DNA from: Bilabrum cf. latius
Taxonomy: Eukaryota
Direction of reading: 5' to 3'
Length of the DNA: 64,000 nucleotides
NCBI GenBank assembly: GCA_965178125.1
Contig: OZ237769.1
Coordinates: forward strand, 496,001 to 560,000
In this document: piece by piece, positions 58,701 to 64,000 of the stretch
Position numbering within the stretch: the first letter of the stretch is position 1
Layout of the letters: each line of letters starts with the position of its first letter
Notes under the pieces: generated by a model
The model's database searches: none
Told to the model about the DNA's origin: nothing
Seen by the model: the letters and a program-made list of their open reading frames with translations, nothing else
Made by a program: the position numbers and the translations under genes

Positions 58701-60919
58701 CCTCCTCCACGCCGCCACCAGCTCAGCGTCCGCCACGCCGTAGCAGCGCTGGTGCACCGCCAGCCCGCACCCAGGGCCTCCGCACACGATGATCGGATCG
58801 TCCGCGAAGGACTCTGCCCGGCCGCACACTTCGCACGCAGGCAGCTGCCCCCCTCGCGCCCTGCCCCTGCCGCCGCCGCCGTTCTGGGGAACAACGGCAC
58901 CGGGGGCGTTGGCCTGGTTCGAGTGTGACCCAGCCACCGGGTCCGTGGGTGCGGCATGACCCGCGGCGGCTCCACCAGCTGCATTGCTGCTGCTGCTGCT
59001 GGTGGTGCTGGTGCTAGCCCCCCCTGATGGCATCCAGAGCACCCTCCGGGCCCTGGCCACCCCCTTCCTGTGACTCACCAGCAGCTCCCCGCCCACCCTC
59101 AGCCTGTCTCTAGAGGTCTGCGGCCCTTCCCTCGGGAGCGATAGCCCGCCCCTCCCCTGCTAGTGCCTGCCCTGCTCCCTCCTCCAGATCCCATCCACGT
59201 CCCAGTCCTGCAGACCGTCCCCCGCGCCCTCGTCGCTCGATGTCATGTCCCCGCAGCTGGAGGCACCACCGTCCACCACGGGACGAAGAGCCGCCGAACC
59301 TTCGCTGGGAGGTGCACCGTGGGATCCCAGTTCCTCCTTGCGGATGGATCCGAGTCCGTTGTTCCCCAGGACGGGCTCCTCCGCGTCCAGCACGCTGTCA
59401 AAGGAAGTGGACGAGTCGTAGGCAGGGCCCCTCACCCTGTGCCCCAGCAGCGTGCCTTGCCGCAGCTCCACACGGCGTCGAAGCAGAGCCAGCCGACGCC
59501 GCTCCATCCGCCCCGACTCTGCCGCAGCCCCCGCTGCCCCCCCAGGACCCCCACCGGCATTGACACCGTCGCCGCCGCCCGAAGTGGCGCCGCTCCTGCT
59601 CCTGCCGCGCCCCCTACCGCGCCCCCTTCCCCTTCCCCTGCCCCTTCCCCTGCCCCTGCCTCGCCCCCTGCCTCTTCGGCCGCGCGTGCTTCCAGTGTCC
59701 GGGCCCGCTGCCGAGCTGGAGGACGAGGAGGAGGCTCCCAGGGCGGAGGAGGCGGCGCTGCTGGACCGTAGCGGGCTGCGGCGCCTGCTGCTGCTGCGCG
59801 AGGTCTCGGGATCGTGTCGGTCCATCCACTGAGGCAGGAGGGACTGGGATGGCTCCGGCTGGGATTGCCCAATTGGCTGCCGCTCCTTTCTCAGTCTGGC
59901 TGCGAGCGGATAGAAATAGATTGTGTGGGAGAGGAGGACAGGAAGAGGGTGGAGAATGCCGAGAGTATGCTTAGAGAATTTCGAGCAAGGCATGATAATT
60001 CGTGGGTACGGAGATTTAGTGCGAACGCGAATCTGCTCGCCAGGAGCCGACCGCAGGGGATGATGCGGTCGCCCCCTGTGCCACTGGCCGGTGCAATTGC
60101 CACGCCACCACCGCAGACCGCACTGGCGCTCCGTTTCGCAAGCTTTTCTTACCGTCTTCCAGAGCAAGCTCTTTATCTAAAATGGACTTGGCTTTGGCTT
60201 TCATTTGGATGGCGAGCTTCGTCACGTCATTGTCGGGGCCATTGTACTCGACACAGTTGGATATGATCTGCTCGAAATCGGCGATTAGCTCCTTCACGCG
60301 GGTGTACTGACCCGCCGACACTTTCTGCGAGTGCGGCATGTAAACATAAATCATGGAAAATATGCGGGGGCCTGAGTTCGGGGCACGGAGCTTGCATGCA
60401 CCGTTTGCTGAGCGTGCCCGGGTGCCACCGAGGCGCAGCTGCATCGGCGGAGAGGCGCCCGCCCCAATGGGAGGCGCAGCGGCTGGCAGAGGCACGCATT
60501 CAACGCGTGCTTTTCGAAGGGAGCGGCGCATGGGAGCTGCATGGAAGCGGCATGCGTGATACGCAATGACGTCACTGGCTGGCTGGGAGTCGCGCGGCGG
60601 CTGACTGCCGCGAGTCCCCGGGGTGCAAGGCGGTTCCTGCCCTCGCTCCTTCGGCGAGGCGAGGGGCCTGATGACGCCCCAGGGAGCGTAGGCGATTGCA
60701 CGAATTACATTGAATACACACACTTGATTGCGGTGCCAAGCGCACTCTCACCTTTCGCATGTCGTCGAAGCACATGGGCTTCGAAATGACCTGGTAGTAG
60801 TCGGGCACTTGAGCCGTATCAACTGGCTGCTGAAAAAAGCTGTAGTAGTCATGCTGAGACAAGCGTGCAATTAGTTTGGGCAGCCTCTCTTGCAGCTGTC
60901 GTGCGGCCAGCGCGCTCAT
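46704..60919 (-). CDS. Giant chromatin reader/writer (~4,510 aa): bromodomain, PZP, GNAT-like acetyltransferase, PZP, PHD; exons 60919-60752, 60324-60153, 59899-46704; 13 in-frame TAG
   Basis: Bromodomain FFQQPVD...VPDYYQVISKPMCFDDMRK|KVSAGQY...IISNCVEYNGPD. BRPF-type PHD [46 protein letters not shown] with C..CP..GGALKP, and a second such module. PHD YCLCRR...MVCCHKCNEWYHFRCMGV...WLCHRC. One frame broken only by TAG; TGA at 46704-46706. Confidence 0.87.
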
Positions 60920-61513
60920 GCTGCACGGCGCACCACCAGCTGCGACGCAAGGATGATCTGAGCGAGCTGGGCAGGTGAATGTCCGGACAGCCAGATCGGC
61001 TCAGCGTGTGGTACTTTGTGCATTAGTTTGCATTAATACGGTCGATATCGTGTCGAGTATTGCACCAGGCAGACCAGCGTCTGCATGCAAATCTGCATTG
61101 AGCGACGCAGTTGCCAAGAATACATCTAATCAACCGCCAGGATCCTGCTTCACTCGAGCAGGTATTTTACTATAACCTGTTTCAGCCTCATCGAAGTTAA
61201 AGAGCTGAAAAACCCCATACAGGCGAGAAATATCGAACCAAGGCACCTAACCAGAGTCTAGTGCGCCTCCGAAGCCAATTGGGACGATAAGATTGCTCGA
61301 CTATGCAACAAACTGGAATCAATGCAACTCACGTATGTCGAATAGATCAGGTAGACACCTATATGATCGAGTGATCGAGCGCAATAAGACAATTTCGCTC
61401 GATCACTTTTGGATTCAACCTCCAAATCAGATTTCCGACCAGAAACTATACGCTACCCAGAAGCGAAGCGAACCGAATTGAAGAATCCAGCGCATATCGT
61501 ACCCCCTGAAGCA

Positions 61514-62857
61514 ATGAAGGTTGTATCTACCGTGCTATTGTACGCGGCTGCATCATTGGCTTGCTGTGCCTGGGCTCAATCTGATGACCACGACCTGCCT
61601 CACGCCAACGATGACGATGAATTGGAAGGAATGTGCCGTGAAGGTGAGCATTTGGACAGTGACTAGGCGTGCTTGCGCACTGCACGTATCATTTTGATCA
61701 TGCATTCGTTTATTTGAGACGGTATGAAAGCGCAAGCCACGTGACGATTTCCTTGCATCATGGCATTGCGAAGTGTTGCTATTTCATGTGCAACCCGTTT
61801 TTTGCCATTCTGCTCGTTAGAATCTCGCAGAATTCGAGTGCAAGTACCAGCACGTGGATGCTGCAAACGGAAAGTACTACGGTTTCGATTTGAGGCCCTT
61901 GTGCCAGGACTCGATCCCGAACATGTACAAGATCTGTGAGAGGGCGGTTTGGGTCCGTGTCGAGTGGCGGAGAGCCTTGTGCTCCCATCCTCGGCGATTG
62001 GACGCTCTGCTACCTCCCGCACTTTATATTTGTAGTACTGGTGTTCATGTTTTACACGTTCTTACCTCTAAATCGCAGAGGATGAATCCGGCCACACGTA
62101 CCGCTTCAACATCTGCGGCGACGTCGGGCTCAAGTGCGCCCCCAAGGAGTGGGTGAGCCTCTACGACCACGGATCGGCCATGCAGACATGGGGAGACGTC
62201 CCCGAGTGCGACCTGACGGACCCCACGACGTACTGCACCGACATCGAGGACGGGCAGGCGCAGTGCTGCTCGTCTCCCTGCCAGATCCTCGGGGTGGGCG
62301 AGCCCTACTTTGAGCTACTCGACCGCAAGAACCCAGAGACCGGCGGGATCCGGGTGCTGCACCAGACCGTCCCCGCCCACGCGGACGACCCCTACAACTG
62401 CCCCTATGACCCCGACACGGGGGGCTTCTACCAGCGCGAGATGAAGATCGAGATCAGGTGCAACCCAAAGGAGAAGGGCCTCCAGGTCCAGTCCGTGGTC
62501 GAGAACCCCAACCGCCCCTGCTCGTACACGATTGCGGCCCAGTCCAAGTACGGCTGCGGCGCCAAGGTGACGAGCGCAAAGTCGGCAGGCAAGAGCGGCG
62601 GCAAGGTGGCCGGGGCCTTCTTCGGGGGCGTCTTCGCGACCCTCATCGTGGGCGCCGTCGGGTTCTACGTGTACCAGAGGCAGCAGATGGGCCTGCCCCT
62701 CCTCCCCTTCGACAACGCCCCCATCGGCAGCGGCGCGGCGGGCAGCGGCACCAGCAGCGGGTCCAGCGCAGGTGCCCCGGACGCCTCGTTCACCGGAGGG
62801 GCCGGCTCGGGGAGCGGCGAGGGCGCGGCCCAGGCAGGCACCTACTCTTCCCTCTGA
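61514..62857 (+). CDS. MRH-domain type-I membrane cargo receptor (M6PR/ATG27-like); exons 61514-61643, 61831-61935, 62079-62857
   Basis: Signal peptide, FDLRPLC, YRFNICG, IEIRCNP, CSYTIAAQSKYGC, TM helix and cytosolic tail ending in YSSL (YxxPhi). One TAG is formed across the exon 2/3 junction. TGA stop. Confidence 0.83.
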
Positions 62858-63552
62858 TCCGATCTCTGATCCGATCACGAGGAGTGTGACGAGTACGTGT
62901 GTTGCGATGCGTGTGATGAGTGCGGTTGAGGCGATTCGCGTAGGAGGTGAGGTGAAGTGAAGTGAAGTGTGGTTCGCCCCTCCCCGCCCCCGATAGCAGC
63001 GTGCTGGGCCTTGTCTCTGGTTCCTCTCGCGGCCGCGCCCGGTCGCTCCCTTGCTCCGAGTTTTCTCCCGCGAGTCAGCCAGGCAGAGTCTTTGGGCGGG
63101 CCTCGTGCCCCCCGCCCTCTCCCCCCGCTTGCGTCCCGCCCCGCCGCGCACCCTGGAAACAGCGGTGCATCGGCGTGGCAGGGCACAGAAGGGGGATGGG
63201 GGGGCTGTACTCGCGGGCTGATCCGATCCTCTCTGCCCCCCTTGTGGGGTCAGGGGGGCGCTCGACCATGGGAGCGGAGGGGCTGCCGCAGGAGGAGACG
63301 GGGGTGTGCCTAGTGGGGGGCACGGGCAGGGTGCTGGAGGTGATTGTGGTGGCCGTGGTTGTTGGGGAGACGGTGGTGATGCAGTCTCATCCGTGACTGC
63401 GTAACCACTTGAGGCTGAGGTTGGGCTGCCCGTGCACTTGTCAGGTGGACCTGAGTTGAACACAGATTATAACGCAACAATGATCCGACCAATCTTGGCC
63501 CAGACTACATAAAGGTTAATTACCCCCTTCCCCCCCCCACTCCTTCTCCCCC

Positions 63553-64000
63553 TCACACGATCCCGTCGGGATCAACGTCGGGCAGACCAGGCGAGCTGTT
63601 GCCGTCCATGTCGGCTCCATCCGGATCCACTCCTGCACCACTGGACGCGTCCCCGTCGACCTCAGCCCCTTCGACCTCGACCTCACCCCCAGAAGCCTCA
63701 TCCCCAGAAGCCTCACCCTCACCAGCCCCCTGTGCCCCACCATCCGCACCAGGCCCAGCTGCACCCTCACCAGCCCCCTGTGCCCCACCATCCGCACCAG
63801 GCCCAGGCCCAGGCGCAGGCACCGGTCTCCACAGTCTCTTCGACTCCTCCTCGAGCATGCCCAACAGCTCGTGCTCCTTACACTCCGCAAGATCATCGAT
63901 GAACGCTCGATCCAGGACGGGCGCCGATGGCTCGTTGTCCTTGTCGTGCAGCTCGGCCAGGTAGGGGTGCGCCAGGGCCTCTTCTGCGGTGATGCGGCGG
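63553..64000 (-). CDS. MAP kinase (CMGC) C-terminal part; the 5' end lies outside the window
   Basis: RRITAEEALAHPYLAELHDKDNEP matches the MAPK subdomain XI/CD region. Acidic Gly-rich tail with a 48-bp duplication; TGA at 63553-63555. Confidence 0.8.
   Translation of the reverse strand, partial: RRITAEEALAHPYLAELHDKDNEPSAPVLDRAFIDDLAECKEHELLGMLEEESKRLWRPVPAPGPGPGADGGAQGAGEGAAGPGADGGAQGAGEGEASGDEASGGEVEVEGAEVDGDASSGAGVDPDGADMDGNSSPGLPDVDPDGIV

Noticed and set aside
60016-60152. Bromodomain as a small stand-alone gene ending at TAA 60016
   Set aside because: A GTAAGA donor at 60152 and a CTCGCAG acceptor at 59900 join it in frame to the downstream 13-kb exon. The TAA lies within the inferred intron (needs cDNA confirmation).
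27665-60919. Reading the many TAG-terminated ORFs as separate genes, pseudogenes or C-to-T (RIP-like) damage
   Set aside because: The fragments are all in one frame, domains span the TAGs, there are no frameshifts, and decay or C-to-T damage would also create TGA (from CGA) and TAA (from CAA), which are absent.

Overview
Gene-dense, GC-rich eukaryotic (protist) nuclear DNA; the eL8 sequence looks stramenopile-like, which is inference only. I can reconstruct 14 complete protein-coding genes and one partial gene: RPL7A/eL8, TOM22-like, an EF-hand CaaX protein, a plasmepsin-V-like aspartic protease, importin-9-like, Rab8-like, NPL4-like, a nucleolar FKBP, a CTL/SLC44 transporter, VTA1-like, a ~5,570-aa USP7-like deubiquitinase, an ankyrin-repeat protein, a ~4,510-aa Bromo-PZP-GNAT-PZP-PHD chromatin protein, an MRH/ATG27-like receptor, and a MAP kinase 3' end. 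The main result is a variant nuclear genetic code. About 61 in-frame TAG codons interrupt 10 otherwise intact genes. They sit inside CAG polyglutamine runs and at a conserved Gln position, and one is created by splicing. No in-frame TAA or TGA was found inside these CDS, and genes end in TGA (14) or TAA (1). This indicates UAG=Gln with UAA and UGA still acting as stops, and it explains why the supplied ORF track is fragmented. Also notable are a 1.3-kb tandem duplication with near-invariant structured blocks separated by equal-length hypervariable windows, stereotyped 5'-clustered GTGAG...TCGCAG introns, and catalytic or reader domains split by very long low-complexity insertions. All counts and coordinates were made by hand and should be recomputed.
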